The translations under genes were made by a program, and so were the position numbers. Below are positions 47,649 to 58,122 of a stretch of 64,000 bases of DNA, one piece after another (positions within the stretch are counted from its first letter, which is position 1; each line of letters starts with the position of its first letter). The stretch comes from a candidate division WOR-3 bacterium (lineage in GTDB: Bacteria; Hydrothermota; Hydrothermia; JBDRYB01), in NCBI GenBank assembly GCA_039803205.1, contig JBDRYB010000001.1, forward strand, positions 32,001-96,000, given 5' to 3'. The notes below the pieces were generated by a model. That model saw nothing but the letters and a program-made list of their open reading frames with translations. It searched no databases and was not told where the DNA came from.

Positions 47649-49016
47649 TTAGAACTCCGTGGAGCTTGTGAACCTGAATCTCCTGAGCTTCACCGAAGGG
47701 AGGGTGTCCCCTGAGGGGAAGTGAAGATCATACCAGGATGTTCCACCAACTAGGACCTGATCAGAGCCCGGCTCCGCGTCCGAGAGGGCCTCAAGCATGT
47801 TCTGGGTGAAGCGCATGTTCCTGAGCGCCTTCGTTATCTTGCCGTCTTCTATGAGGAAAAGCCCATCCCTCGTCATCCCCGTTAGGGTAAAGCTCATGGG
47901 TTCAGCGACATTCACATACCACAGCTTTGTTATCAGTATTCCCCTCTCGGTCTCGGATATGAGCTCATCCCTGGTTTTGGTTCCGGGTTTCACAACGATG
48001 TTCATGGCATACGGGTAGTTTCCAAAAGGAATAACGCCGTTTCCGGTTGATTCCTTGCCCTCTGCGGCCGCGCACTTGAGGTCATAAAGTAGGTTAACGG
48101 GAACGCCCCTCTCAACGAGAGGGAATGGTTTTCTGGCAACCCCTTCCATGTCAAATGGGTATGGGAATCCCTGGGTTGGGTCCTCCCATATCTCTATATG
48201 CTCCGAGAATATACGCTTCCCCATCTTGTCCTTGAGGAAGCTCCTTCCTTCCTGAAAGGCCCTCGCAGAGAAACCCATCCAATTGGCGAATGCGATGATC
48301 TCCGAGACGGCCAAGGGCTCCAGCACAACCTCATACTCGCCCGGGGAGATGTCCTCAGGGTTCTCGGTCATCTCAGCCCTCATCCTGGCTTTTTCAGCAA
48401 CCCTCCTCGGTTCAACATCCCGGATCCTCACCGAAGATTCCTGACCCCAGGAGGATGCGAGACCCCTCATTGGGTTTATTGAGAAGTGAGCATCAGTCAT
48501 CCTGTGATAAAGCCGAAGCCCTCTGGAATTGGCGATAACTATCTCCACCGAGCCCTTTGAGAATGAGCCGTATCCCTCGTATGGGCCGAGCACCCTAACG
48601 GCATCTGAGACCTTCTGGCCCATGTATTCAGGGGGAGTCTCAGCGGTTTCCTCGTCAAACGCCCAAGGAACCCGATCCGGCTCCGAATGGCTAAGCGGCT
48701 CCGGAAGGTCCTGCTCAGGGCTATGGGACGCCACATCTCTTGCGCTAGAGATGAGCCTACTCAGAGCCTCATGCTCATCCGAGTTTATCCAAGCGACCCC
48801 TACCCGTTTTCCGTATCTCACTCTGAGACCAATGCTCAGGTTCCTGATGGCGACATTCTGGTGAACCCTGGAACCCGAAAACCTCGTCAGGATGCTATCC
48901 TCGCTCAGGATAACGATCTCAGAGGTATCCGCATCCGAAAGCCTAAGAACAGCATCAGCCAGCCCAAACAGCCTGTCAGGCCCGTAAAGACTGTTCAAAA
49001 CCCTTTTCATTTCCAT
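47649..49016 (-). CDS. TldD/PmbA family protein
   Basis: LTRF.....HQN, PGEYEVVLEP.AV, PFDMEG, TGMTRDG.F.IEDG. Confidence 0.85.
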   Translation of the reverse strand: MEMKRVLNSLYGPDRLFGLADAVLRLSDADTSEIVILSEDSILTRFSGSRVHQNVAIRNLSIGLRVRYGKRVGVAWINSDEHEALSRLISSARDVASHSPEQDLPEPLSHSEPDRVPWAFDEETAETPPEYMGQKVSDAVRVLGPYEGYGSFSKGSVEIVIANSRGLRLYHRMTDAHFSINPMRGLASSWGQESSVRIRDVEPRRVAEKARMRAEMTENPEDISPGEYEVVLEPLAVSEIIAFANWMGFSARAFQEGRSFLKDKMGKRIFSEHIEIWEDPTQGFPYPFDMEGVARKPFPLVERGVPVNLLYDLKCAAAEGKESTGNGVIPFGNYPYAMNIVVKPGTKTRDELISETERGILITKLWYVNVAEPMSFTLTGMTRDGLFLIEDGKITKALRNMRFTQNMLEALSDAEPGSDQVLVGGTSWYDLHFPSGDTLPSVKLRRFRFTSSTEF

Positions 49017-50259
49017 CTATCCATACCCTCTTTGGTTTTGCTTTAAGCGTTTTCCCCAAAAACGGGGTGTTCCTTGAACGGGAAGCGAGATCCCTCACCT
49101 CCCACTCCTCGTTCAGATCCCACGCTACGAGATCAGCCAGCGCGCCCTCTCTGATGTGCCCGATATCCTCAATGCCGAGAACCCTTGCCGGGCCAACCGT
49201 GAGCGCCTCAACGAGGCGCTCCAGGGTTATGCGTCCTGGTATAACGAGGTCAGTATAAAGCGCGGAAAAGGCCAGCTCAAGCCAGATCATCCCCGGAGCC
49301 GCGAGTGGAAACTCATATTCCTTGTCCAAGGGGGAATGCGGCGCGTGATCCGTTGCGATGGCGTCTAGGGTCCCATCGCAAAGCGCTTCTATGAGCGCGG
49401 AGCGGTCCCGCTCCTCCCTGAGGGGCGGGTTCACCTTATAGACGGTATCATATGTTTCCAAAAGCTCGTATGTGAAGAGGAGATGGTGGGGCGTAACCTC
49501 AGCGGAAACAGGAAGCCCCACATCCTTTGCCCTCCTTACGAGCTCAACTGACCCAACGGATGATATGTGTTGCAAGTGAAGCCTCGCACCAGTGAGCCCG
49601 CAGAGAAAGAGATCCCTTGAGACCGCTATGTCCTCGGCCTCCCGAGGAGCTGTCTCAAAACCGAGCTTCAGGGTAATGGGTCCCTCGTGCGCGCAAGCGT
49701 CCCCCGAGAGGGTTTTGTCCTCAGGGTGGGATGCTATTACCCCCCCGATACCCGAGGCGTATTCAAGGGCTCTTCGCATCACGGAGGAGGACGAAACCCA
49801 GCTCCCGTCGTCAGTGAACATTAGGGCCCCCTCCATGGCCATGAGGCCCATCTCCGCCAGCTCCTTCCCTTCCCTGGCCTTGGTTATTGCGCCTGCTGGG
49901 AGAACCCTCGCTAGATCAGCCTCCCTTGCTCTCTTGATTATGAACTTTACCCCCTCAGGGCCGTCAATTGGCGGCTGGGTGTTTGGCATTGAAACTATTG
50001 TTGTGTAACCTCCGCGAACAGCAGACAAGGCTCCTGTCTCTATGGTCTCCTTGTATTCTTCTCCCGGCTCCCTCAGGTGCGCGTGCAGGTCAACGAAACC
50101 AGGCATTAGGGTCAGGCCAGAGAGATCAACGACCTCGTGGCCTCCAGGGTTAATCTCCCCTATCTGAGATATCCTCCCGTTCTCCACGAGGACATCGCCC
50201 TTCCGGTCAACTCCATCGCCCGGAGAAAAAAGCCTCGCTCCTTTAAGCAGAAGACCCAT
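48976..50259 (-). CDS. pyrC: Dihydroorotase
   Basis: PGFVDLHAHLREPG, MPNT.P, EVTPHHL, KVNPPLR, IATDHAPH. Confidence 0.95.
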   Translation of the reverse strand: MGLLLKGARLFSPGDGVDRKGDVLVENGRISQIGEINPGGHEVVDLSGLTLMPGFVDLHAHLREPGEEYKETIETGALSAVRGGYTTIVSMPNTQPPIDGPEGVKFIIKRAREADLARVLPAGAITKAREGKELAEMGLMAMEGALMFTDDGSWVSSSSVMRRALEYASGIGGVIASHPEDKTLSGDACAHEGPITLKLGFETAPREAEDIAVSRDLFLCGLTGARLHLQHISSVGSVELVRRAKDVGLPVSAEVTPHHLLFTYELLETYDTVYKVNPPLREERDRSALIEALCDGTLDAIATDHAPHSPLDKEYEFPLAAPGMIWLELAFSALYTDLVIPGRITLERLVEALTVGPARVLGIEDIGHIREGALADLVAWDLNEEWEVRDLASRSRNTPFLGKTLKAKPKRVWIDGNEKGFEQSLRA

Positions 50260-51193
50260 TTGATTCCTCCTTTGAACCTGCAAGAAGAAGGTAAAGAATT
50301 GCCATTCTTATCGCTACCCCGTTTGTTACCTGGTCAAGTATGACGGTCTTAACCATCTCCGGAACCCTTGGATCAAGCTCAACCTCCCAATTAACCGGCC
50401 CTGGATGCATGAGTATCACGCCCTCTTTTGCTCTCGCTATCCTTTCCGCGGTTATCCCGAAAAGCCTCCTGTATTCCCGGACCGAGGGGAAGAAGCTCGC
50501 AGAGAGCCTTTCTCGTTGTATCCTCAAGGCCATTATCACATCGGCTTTAGGTATCTCAGCATCTATGTCCCACGAGACCTCAGCGCCCAAACCCCTGAAC
50601 TCCTCAGGAACCAGGGGCCTCGGCCCGCAGAGGACGACATTCGCTCCCCAAGCCCTCATCCCAAAAATGTTGCTCCTGGCAACCCGGGAATGGAGTATAT
50701 CGCCCACAATGAGGACCCTCTTGCCGGAGAAATCGCCCATCTCCCTCATCAGGGTGAACATATCAAGGAGGGCTTGGGTTGGGTGCTCGTGAAGCCCATC
50801 TCCGGCGTTTATCACGGATGCCTGGGTGTGCCTCGCGAGGAAGTGAGGAGCGCCCGGCGCGGAGTGTCTTATCACCACAGCGTCTATCTTCATCGCGTCT
50901 ATGTTTCTCAGCGTATCAAGGAGGGTTTCGCCCTTCTCAACGGATGAGCCCTTTTTTGAGACAGAAACCGTGTCAGCTGAGAGCCTTTTTGCCGCGAGGT
51001 CAAAAGAGGCCTGGGTTCTCGTTGATGCCTCAAAGAACATGTTCAATATGGTCTTTCCCCTCAGGGTCGGGAGTTTTCTGATTGGCCTATCGAGGAACTC
51101 CCTGAAGGTCTCAGCGGTTGAGAAGATGAGCTCCAGCTCTGGTTTCGTTATTCCTTCCAGTCCAACTAGGTCCTTGGAAAAGAGGGTCTCCAT
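50243..51193 (-). CDS. pyrB: Aspartate carbamoyltransferase catalytic subunit
   Basis: FFEASTRT, NAGDGLHEHPTQALLD, HSRVARS, MHPGP. Confidence 0.96.
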   Translation of the reverse strand: METLFSKDLVGLEGITKPELELIFSTAETFREFLDRPIRKLPTLRGKTILNMFFEASTRTQASFDLAAKRLSADTVSVSKKGSSVEKGETLLDTLRNIDAMKIDAVVIRHSAPGAPHFLARHTQASVINAGDGLHEHPTQALLDMFTLMREMGDFSGKRVLIVGDILHSRVARSNIFGMRAWGANVVLCGPRPLVPEEFRGLGAEVSWDIDAEIPKADVIMALRIQRERLSASFFPSVREYRRLFGITAERIARAKEGVILMHPGPVNWEVELDPRVPEMVKTVILDQVTNGVAIRMAILYLLLAGSKEESNGSSA

Positions 51194-51267
51194 CAAAAGC
51201 AAATGATAACCCAGACGCAGGCGGCCGTTCAAGTTTATTGCGCCAGAGCCTGCCGAGGGATTAGAAT

Positions 51268-53688
51268 ATGGCGCGGATGGATTGGCTTTTGCCCCTCCTA
51301 TACATACTCATTCTGATCGCGGTTCCTTGGGTCCTTCTCGCCGGCAAAAGGGAGCGCATATATCACCTTGTTGCGACGCTCTACATTCTCGTCGGGATAT
51401 TCCTGTTAATAAGCCTCATCTCATACAGGCCGTCTGCCCAGCCCTATCAGAACTGGGGAGGGTTTGTTGGCCACTACTCAGGCGCCGCACTCTACGGTTC
51501 GGTCGGGCTTATAACTGGCCTCGCCCTCGTGTGCCTCTCGTTCGTCGTTGGCGGCCTCCATTTTGCGAAGAGGCTCAGCCTGGGAAACCTTCTGAGAGGT
51601 TTCGGGGTGCTCGCGGCCTTCATATGCATAACATCCATGTTTCCTTCAACCGGCGGAACCGTCCAAAAGGGGTTATCGGGGTGGTTGGCTGGGCTTTTGG
51701 GCTGGGGAAGGTTCCTCCTACTTGGTTTCCTTTTCTTCGCTTTTCTATGGCCATTCTGGTGGCTAGTGAGGCCGGTCAAGGAGGGAATGGCAAGATTATT
51801 CAGCCGGATCAGGTGGCCGAATACCAGAAATAGAAGGGGATCAACCACAGAGATTTTTGAGATCAAGCCAAGGCCATCCGATAGGATAGAGAGCAGAATA
51901 GTGAAGGCCGAAAAGCCCGCGGATGCCCCTCAAAACGAACCGGAGGAGGAAACCGAAACCATTCTCGGGACAGTCTGGGATGCACCGCCAGAGGAAAAGC
52001 CTGAGCAGACAGAACCCTCTTATTACTCAGGCCAGAATCTAGACCCAATAACCCTTCTCTCCCTTTTCAACGAGCCTCCGGCCGTAAAAGAGATGGACGA
52101 CTCAGAGGCCAAAAGGATAGCAGGCCTGATAACCGAGCGCCTGAAGGAGTTCGGGGTTGAGGGGAAGATCGTTGATTACAAGAAGGGCCCGGTCGTAACC
52201 AGATACGAGTATGAGCCAGCCCCAGGGATAAAGCTCTCAAGGGTCGTTGGGCTCGCGGATGACCTCGCTCTGAGGATAAAGGCGCTCTCCGTGAGGATGG
52301 TCGCCCCTTTGCCCGGAAAGGGGCTTATCGGCATAGAGGTCCCGAACCCAAAGAGGAGGGTTGTTTATTTTAGGGAGCTAGCTGAGAGGGAGGAGTTTCT
52401 CAGGGCATCAGATCCCCTGACATTCGCTCTCGGGGTTGACCCAGGGGGAGAGCCCAAATACGAATCCCTCTCAAGGATGCCCCACCTACTCATAGCCGGG
52501 ACAACTGGTTCAGGCAAGTCCGTCTGCATAAACACCATACTCTCCTGCTTCCTCATGGCTTACAGGCACAGGGATATGAGGCTTATACTCGTTGACCCGA
52601 AGAGGGTTGAGCTCTCCTTCTACGAAGGGGTCCCGCACCTCCTCATGCCAGTGATAAAGGACAGAAAGCAGGCAGGAGAAGCCCTGAAAAAGGCCGTGGC
52701 CTGGATGGAGATAAGATACAGGCACTTTGCCAGGGAAGGGGTAAGGGACATAGAGAGCCACAACAGGACAGCCCCATCAAGGGGGGACGACCCTATCCCA
52801 TACATAGTCATAGTCATAGACGAGTTCTCCGACCTCATGCTCACGATGGGGAAGGAGGTTGAGGAACCGCTTGCCAGGCTCGCGCAGATGGCAAGGGCTG
52901 TTGGGATCCACCTAGTTGTAGCTACCCAGCGCCCATCAGTTGATGTGATAACAGGAATAATAAAGGCGAACTTTCCCGTCAGAATAGCGTTCAAGGTCCC
53001 ATCAAGGGTTGACTCAAGGACAATACTTGATGAGATGGGCGCTGAGAAACTGCTGGGCAAAGGGGACATGCTGTTTATTCCTCCTGGATCAGCAGAACCA
53101 ACGAGACTCCACGGCCCATTTGTCTCCGAAGAGGAAACCACCCGTCTCGCGTCAGCTCTCACCCTTGACTACCTTAACCACAGGCTCGGCGAGGCATTCG
53201 GAAAGATCAGCGAGGTCTACGATTGGGCCGCCTGGATAGTGAACGAGGGGCTTACGCCGGCTCTGACGAGGGAGGATGAGCCCGGAGCAGAGGACAGGCT
53301 CTCTATGATCGCGGAACGCGGGGCCAGGGTTTTGGGCAAGAATCAGGAGGATATAACCGAAGAGCTCCTCAACATAAGAAACACATATTACATGCCCATA
53401 GAGGAGATGGAGGAGGCGCCAATAGAGACCCTCTCTGAGGAAGGCGTCACCATCTCGGGCGAGCTAGATCCTCTATTGCCGGAAGCGGCTCGTCTCATTG
53501 TCTCCAGGGGCCAGGGGAGCGCGACAATGCTCCAGAGGAAAATAAAGGTGGGTTTCGCGAGGGCCGCGCGCATAATGGATCAGCTGGAGGAGCTCGGGAT
53601 AGTTGAGCCGGGCGAGGGAACCAAGTCCCGAAGGCCCATCATCTCCCTGGAGGAATTAGAGGCAAAGCTCAGGAGCTTGGGCCTATAG
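51268..53688 (+). CDS. ftsK: DNA translocase FtsK
   Basis: N-terminal TMs, PHLLIAGTTGSGKS, DPKRVEL, ATQRPSVDV, gamma domain LQRKIKVGFARAARIMDQLE. Confidence 0.95.
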   Translation: MARMDWLLPLLYILILIAVPWVLLAGKRERIYHLVATLYILVGIFLLISLISYRPSAQPYQNWGGFVGHYSGAALYGSVGLITGLALVCLSFVVGGLHFAKRLSLGNLLRGFGVLAAFICITSMFPSTGGTVQKGLSGWLAGLLGWGRFLLLGFLFFAFLWPFWWLVRPVKEGMARLFSRIRWPNTRNRRGSTTEIFEIKPRPSDRIESRIVKAEKPADAPQNEPEEETETILGTVWDAPPEEKPEQTEPSYYSGQNLDPITLLSLFNEPPAVKEMDDSEAKRIAGLITERLKEFGVEGKIVDYKKGPVVTRYEYEPAPGIKLSRVVGLADDLALRIKALSVRMVAPLPGKGLIGIEVPNPKRRVVYFRELAEREEFLRASDPLTFALGVDPGGEPKYESLSRMPHLLIAGTTGSGKSVCINTILSCFLMAYRHRDMRLILVDPKRVELSFYEGVPHLLMPVIKDRKQAGEALKKAVAWMEIRYRHFAREGVRDIESHNRTAPSRGDDPIPYIVIVIDEFSDLMLTMGKEVEEPLARLAQMARAVGIHLVVATQRPSVDVITGIIKANFPVRIAFKVPSRVDSRTILDEMGAEKLLGKGDMLFIPPGSAEPTRLHGPFVSEEETTRLASALTLDYLNHRLGEAFGKISEVYDWAAWIVNEGLTPALTREDEPGAEDRLSMIAERGARVLGKNQEDITEELLNIRNTYYMPIEEMEEAPIETLSEEGVTISGELDPLLPEAARLIVSRGQGSATMLQRKIKVGFARAARIMDQLEELGIVEPGEGTKSRRPIISLEELEAKLRSLGL

Positions 53689-53752
53689 GGTGCATCTCAC
53701 GAAAGGTTGGGGAGCTTGATCCGCGCCGGCGTCCGGGCTATAATTATGGCCT

Positions 53753-54490
53753 ATGAGAAGGTTTTTGTTTGCTTTGTCCGCTTTTTTGCTCTCTTGCTCC
53801 CCAAAAGAGGAACCGCCTGAGCCCCAGAGGTATTTCAACCTCACGAAGGGAAACTGGTGGGAGTATGAGACAGCGAAGGGTTTTAAACTGGACACATCGT
53901 CATGGACCCTGGACTCGGTCACCGAGACCTACCACGAGACCCTTACGATAACAGACGAGGCAGATGGGGTCTATACCTGGGTGATAACCTACTCCTCAGA
54001 TACCTTTGCTGATACCATGCAGGCCTTCATCTCCGGGGATACCCTCATGCTCTCAGTGGTAAAAACATTCGCCAACCCTCTGGATCCCACAGATACGATA
54101 ACTGTCTCGGACACGGTTCCCTACGCTCCTTGTCCTCTCGTGGTTGGCATGGCGTGGGGCTCCGAGGAGAAATTCGTCCTCGCCATGGACCTAGATGGGG
54201 ACCTCTTGGAAGATTCAGTCTTCTATCACCTAGAGGCAAGGGTTGAGACACAAGCCGATGTCTCTGTTCCAAAGGGCACCTTCAACGCCTTCAGAACCCT
54301 ATACATTCACAAGTTCAGGATAAAATCCACATCCATGGGCCCACTGACCATTGATCTCATCCAGAGGATATGGTGGGTGGAGAGCGTTGGGCCTGTTCGC
54401 TGGATTGACAGGGACTACAGGGAGAACCCAAGCCCTCTTGACGCGCCCTGGCTGGTCAAGAACCTCTATGACATGGGAGGAGGCCAATGA
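53753..54490 (+). CDS. Beta-rich lipoprotein, hypothetical
   Basis: Lipobox LLSC; YFNLTKGNWWEY; VSVPKGTF; WWVESVGPV. Confidence 0.7.
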   Translation: MRRFLFALSAFLLSCSPKEEPPEPQRYFNLTKGNWWEYETAKGFKLDTSSWTLDSVTETYHETLTITDEADGVYTWVITYSSDTFADTMQAFISGDTLMLSVVKTFANPLDPTDTITVSDTVPYAPCPLVVGMAWGSEEKFVLAMDLDGDLLEDSVFYHLEARVETQADVSVPKGTFNAFRTLYIHKFRIKSTSMGPLTIDLIQRIWWVESVGPVRWIDRDYRENPSPLDAPWLVKNLYDMGGGQ

Positions 54491-55257
54491 GAGGGATTGT
54501 TCGTTTCCTGGGATTTGCCGGGGCCACAGCCGTTTCCCTGATCTCGTCCTGCGATTGCGACAAAGAAAAGGCTTTCAGCTATGAGTTCTACCCGTCTGTA
54601 GGAGACACCTGGTATTACAGAGAGGTTGAGGATGAGGCCGCTTCTTATTACCTTGATACCGTTATATGCGTTGGAACAACTGAATATCACGGGATTCCCG
54701 CTTGGCTACTGTTTTCAACCCACAAGAAGGACTCCTCTCAGCACGAGACGACCGTCGTCTTTTTCAGGCAAGACACATTCTACCATTACTCAAGGACCAC
54801 GGGTTTCTTCCCGGAGAGCATAACATACCAGGGAGAAAGGTATGTCTGCACATTCGATCATCCGTTCATAGAGATAGCCTGGCTTCCACGGTATATTGAT
54901 ATGGGGGATCAGTGGGAGGTCGCTACGGATGAGGGCAAGATAAAGAGGCTCTCTGATGGGCGCACATACGAGCTTACCGCGACCGTGACAGCTGTCTTTG
55001 ACTCGGTGCAGAACCTTTCCTTCACGGATACCATATACGACACCCTATTCGGGTCCGATCCCCACACATACAACGAGTGCATCAGGGTGGTTTATACGGG
55101 GAAATTGGAGTTTGAGGGCATACCCATAGAGCTCATCATAGGCAAAACCTGGTGGATGTCCGGCCCCGGCATGGTAAAGCAATACGCTTACGCTACGGAT
55201 AGCTCGGGGAATTACGATCCCCTGGACATGTATCTCCTATATTACTCAGGGGATTAA
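54487..55257 (+). CDS. Beta-rich lipoprotein, hypothetical
   Basis: Lipobox ISSC; FYPSVGDTWYY; WWMSGPGMVK. Confidence 0.7.
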   Translation: MRGIVRFLGFAGATAVSLISSCDCDKEKAFSYEFYPSVGDTWYYREVEDEAASYYLDTVICVGTTEYHGIPAWLLFSTHKKDSSQHETTVVFFRQDTFYHYSRTTGFFPESITYQGERYVCTFDHPFIEIAWLPRYIDMGDQWEVATDEGKIKRLSDGRTYELTATVTAVFDSVQNLSFTDTIYDTLFGSDPHTYNECIRVVYTGKLEFEGIPIELIIGKTWWMSGPGMVKQYAYATDSSGNYDPLDMYLLYYSGD

Positions 55258-55266
55258 TAAAGGGCT

Positions 55267-55686
55267 TTGAAGACCCTCTGGCCTCACAGAGGAACGATAT
55301 ACTCGGTCGGTCATTCCAACCGGAAAATTGATGAATTCATCGCTATTCTCGTGAAAAACGGGGTGGAGCTGGTCGCTGATGTGAGGCGGTTTCCAGGCTC
55401 AAGAAAGCACCCATGGTTCTGCCGTGAGAACCTTGAGGCCTTTCTGAAAGAGCATGGGATCCGATACATCTGGCTTGGGGAATCGCTTGGCGGGTTCCGG
55501 AAAGGAGGATACGAGAAATACGCTAAGACGGAGGAATTTGAGAAGGGCTTGAAAGATCTTGAGAACCTAGCGGAGGAACACCGGGTCGCGTTCATGTGCG
55601 CGGAGGCTTTTGAGGGCAAATGCCACAGAAAGCACATAGCGCGCGAGCTGGAGGCCAGGGGATGGGAGGTTATACGAATAGGCTGA
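55267..55686 (+). CDS. DUF488 family protein
   Basis: IYSVGHSNR, ADVRRFPGS, LGGFR, MCAE....CHR..IA. Confidence 0.88.
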   Translation: MKTLWPHRGTIYSVGHSNRKIDEFIAILVKNGVELVADVRRFPGSRKHPWFCRENLEAFLKEHGIRYIWLGESLGGFRKGGYEKYAKTEEFEKGLKDLENLAEEHRVAFMCAEAFEGKCHRKHIARELEARGWEVIRIG

Positions 55687-55727
55687 TGTTGTTGAAGCCA
55701 TATCCCAGCATAATTTATAATTAGAAC

Positions 55728-56594
55728 ATGCTCTTCTGGAGGAAGAAGAAAAAGCCCCTGGAGGCCAAGAAGACGGAAGCCCCTGAGGATGCTTGGGTAA
55801 AGTGCTCGTGCGGAGAGGTTCACTACAGGGCCCAGCTTGACAGGAACTGGTGGGTTTGCCCAAAATGCGGCGCTCACATGCGCATTCCCGCTAGGAAGTT
55901 CGTTGAATACCTCCTGGATGGCGGAGGGTTCAGCGCGGAGATAGCGCCGAACCTGGTTCCAACCGATCCACTTGATTTCCCCGAATACAAGGAAAAGATA
56001 AAGCGGGATCAGAAGAAGACGGGGGAGACCGAGGCGGCCATCGCGGGGTTAGGGGAAATGGGTGGGCACAGGGTTGTCCTTTTTGTCACGGATTTCAACT
56101 TCCTCGGCGGCTCAATGGGCTCTGTCGTCGGAGAGAAGTTCCTGAGGGCCGCGCGCAAGGCCGTTGAGCTCAGGCATCCCCTAATCGCTGTAACAGCGTC
56201 CGGAGGTGGGGCCCGGATGCACGAGGGAATAATCTCCTTGATGCAGATGGTCAAAACCACACTTGGGTGTATTGACCTGGATGCGGCCAAGATCCCATAC
56301 ATAAATGTCCTCTCTGATCCGACCATGGCAGGGGTAATGGCATCATTTGCCTCCCTCGGGGACATACTGATAGCGGAGCCGGGCGCCCTCCTCGGTTTCA
56401 CTGGCCCTCGCGTTATCCAGCAAACAATAGGAGTTGACCTCCCGGAGGGGTTTGAGACATCTGAGTTCCAGCTCGAGCACGGCCAGATTGATATGGTCGT
56501 GCCGAGACCTCGCCTCCGCGAGACCCTCATAAGGATACTTGATGTGCTCTGGGGGATCCCCAAATCAAGAAGGAAGGAGGAAGCCAGGGCATGA
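55728..56594 (+). CDS. accD: Acetyl-CoA carboxylase carboxyltransferase beta subunit
   Basis: WVKC, CPKC, FLGGSMGSVVGEK, GGARMHEG..SLMQM, GFTGPRVI. Confidence 0.93.
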   Translation: MLFWRKKKKPLEAKKTEAPEDAWVKCSCGEVHYRAQLDRNWWVCPKCGAHMRIPARKFVEYLLDGGGFSAEIAPNLVPTDPLDFPEYKEKIKRDQKKTGETEAAIAGLGEMGGHRVVLFVTDFNFLGGSMGSVVGEKFLRAARKAVELRHPLIAVTASGGGARMHEGIISLMQMVKTTLGCIDLDAAKIPYINVLSDPTMAGVMASFASLGDILIAEPGALLGFTGPRVIQQTIGVDLPEGFETSEFQLEHGQIDMVVPRPRLRETLIRILDVLWGIPKSRRKEEARA

Positions 56595-57265
56595 GGAGGT
56601 TATTTCCGGCCCTCATGGCCATCCTGCTCTCGTGCGGCATCGTTGACCGAGACCAGGCCGATTACCTTATGTGGGATAAAGGGAGAACAACCTGGGCCTT
56701 TCTCGTTTCAGAGGGAACATTTCCGGACGATACTTTTCATTTGGTCTCTGACACTGCCACTGATACCGCATTTGGTTCCGAGAGCGCGGATGTTTATCTT
56801 GATTGGGAGGGCCGTAGGGAATACTTCAGGCTCGCTGGCGACAGGGTTGAGAAGCTGACGGACTTTTCGGTCTATCCAGGTGGTCAGGTTATCCCATTGC
56901 AATACGGGTTCACCCTTTTCATGCGATATCCGCCAGTGCTTGGAAATACTTGGAACGACACCTCGCGGGGGAGCTTGGTATACCAGGGTGATACCTTCAG
57001 CTACTATCACGCTGTTTCTGGTTCGGTTGATTCCATACTCACGCTTTCGGTCCCATTCCGAGAGAATGTAGAAAATGTCTATCTCATCAGGATCGACGAG
57101 CACCTTTTCTCAGATTTGTCCGAATCCAGGGTCCACAGGGTCTATTACCTTGGCCCTGACATAGGGATAATAAAAGCAAAAGTGGGGCCTGACACATTCC
57201 GGTTTGCTGATTCATCCTGGGTTGAAGAGCGCCTGGTTCTTGAGCTTTTTGAGATTCAGAGATGA
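56591..57265 (+). CDS. Beta-rich lipoprotein, hypothetical
   Basis: Lipobox LLSC; YLMWDKGRTTWAF; YYLGPDIGIIK. Confidence 0.7.
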   Translation: MRRLFPALMAILLSCGIVDRDQADYLMWDKGRTTWAFLVSEGTFPDDTFHLVSDTATDTAFGSESADVYLDWEGRREYFRLAGDRVEKLTDFSVYPGGQVIPLQYGFTLFMRYPPVLGNTWNDTSRGSLVYQGDTFSYYHAVSGSVDSILTLSVPFRENVENVYLIRIDEHLFSDLSESRVHRVYYLGPDIGIIKAKVGPDTFRFADSSWVEERLVLELFEIQR

Positions 57266-57786
57266 TCCTCCGGAATCCTCTTTTGTTCGTTGCTCTCGGG
57301 GCCATGCTTTCGTGTTCAAGAGAGAGATCGGGCGAGCCATCAGCATTCCCGGGGAACGAATCCGCAGAGGGGGTCCGGATCCTACAAACGGACAAGGGTA
57401 GAAGGCTCTGGGAGCTATTCGCTGATAGCATGGAGATTATCGGTGATACTGTCAAGGTTAAGGGGGTTAATCTGAAATTTTACGGCAAGCGAGGCGAGGT
57501 TCAGAGCACACTCACATCGGATTCCGGGAGATATTACCAGTCATCTGAGGACATGTCAGCGCATGGCAGGGTTGAGGTTAAGGGTCAGGATGGCTCATAT
57601 CTTTCAACTTCAAGCCTTTTTTACAGCAGGACCAGGGAGGAAATATTCACGGAGGAAAGGGTGTATCTGAGAACAAGGGACAAGGAGGTCTGGGGAAAGG
57701 GGCTCACATCCGATCCTGCCCTTACCAGGATTGAGATAAAGGAAGAGGTCTGGGGAAAGGGTCAGGAGGAAGAGTGGCAGAGGTAG
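57262..57786 (+). CDS. lptC: LPS export periplasmic protein LptC
   Basis: WELFADS, LKFY...G...STLTSDSG.Y, L.TS.L.Y....I.T...V, GKGL..D beta-jellyroll pattern. Confidence 0.75.
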   Translation: MILRNPLLFVALGAMLSCSRERSGEPSAFPGNESAEGVRILQTDKGRRLWELFADSMEIIGDTVKVKGVNLKFYGKRGEVQSTLTSDSGRYYQSSEDMSAHGRVEVKGQDGSYLSTSSLFYSRTREEIFTEERVYLRTRDKEVWGKGLTSDPALTRIEIKEEVWGKGQEEEWQR

Positions 57787-58034
57787 ACGATCTGGCCGAA
57801 AGGATAGCCCAAAGGGTTGTTGGGATGGGCTTGGGTATGATATCAATCGCCCTTTTGGAGAGCCTAAAGCCCATTAGTTTCATAGGCTCTTCGGTCCTCG
57901 TTTTCATGAGGCCATTGGCCGGGGTATTTTTTGACGCTGAGGCCTACGACCGCTTCATAGATCTCATAGAGGACAGGAGAAACATAGAACGCCTGACCGA
58001 AAGAATAGAGCAGTTGCAGGATGAGCAGGGATGA
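57774..58034 (+). CDS. Small conserved hypothetical protein
   Basis: LAERI...G......LLESLKP.SFIGS...EDR.NIE.L...IE. Confidence 0.6.
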   Translation: MAEVDDLAERIAQRVVGMGLGMISIALLESLKPISFIGSSVLVFMRPLAGVFFDAEAYDRFIDLIEDRRNIERLTERIEQLQDEQG

Positions 58035-58122
58035 AGCGCCCGCATGATCCAAAAGGAAGGCGTAGCATTCCCGGATCGTTCCGCAGGTGCAAAAGACCCA
58101 TCTTATCCGCTATAATTTCCTC

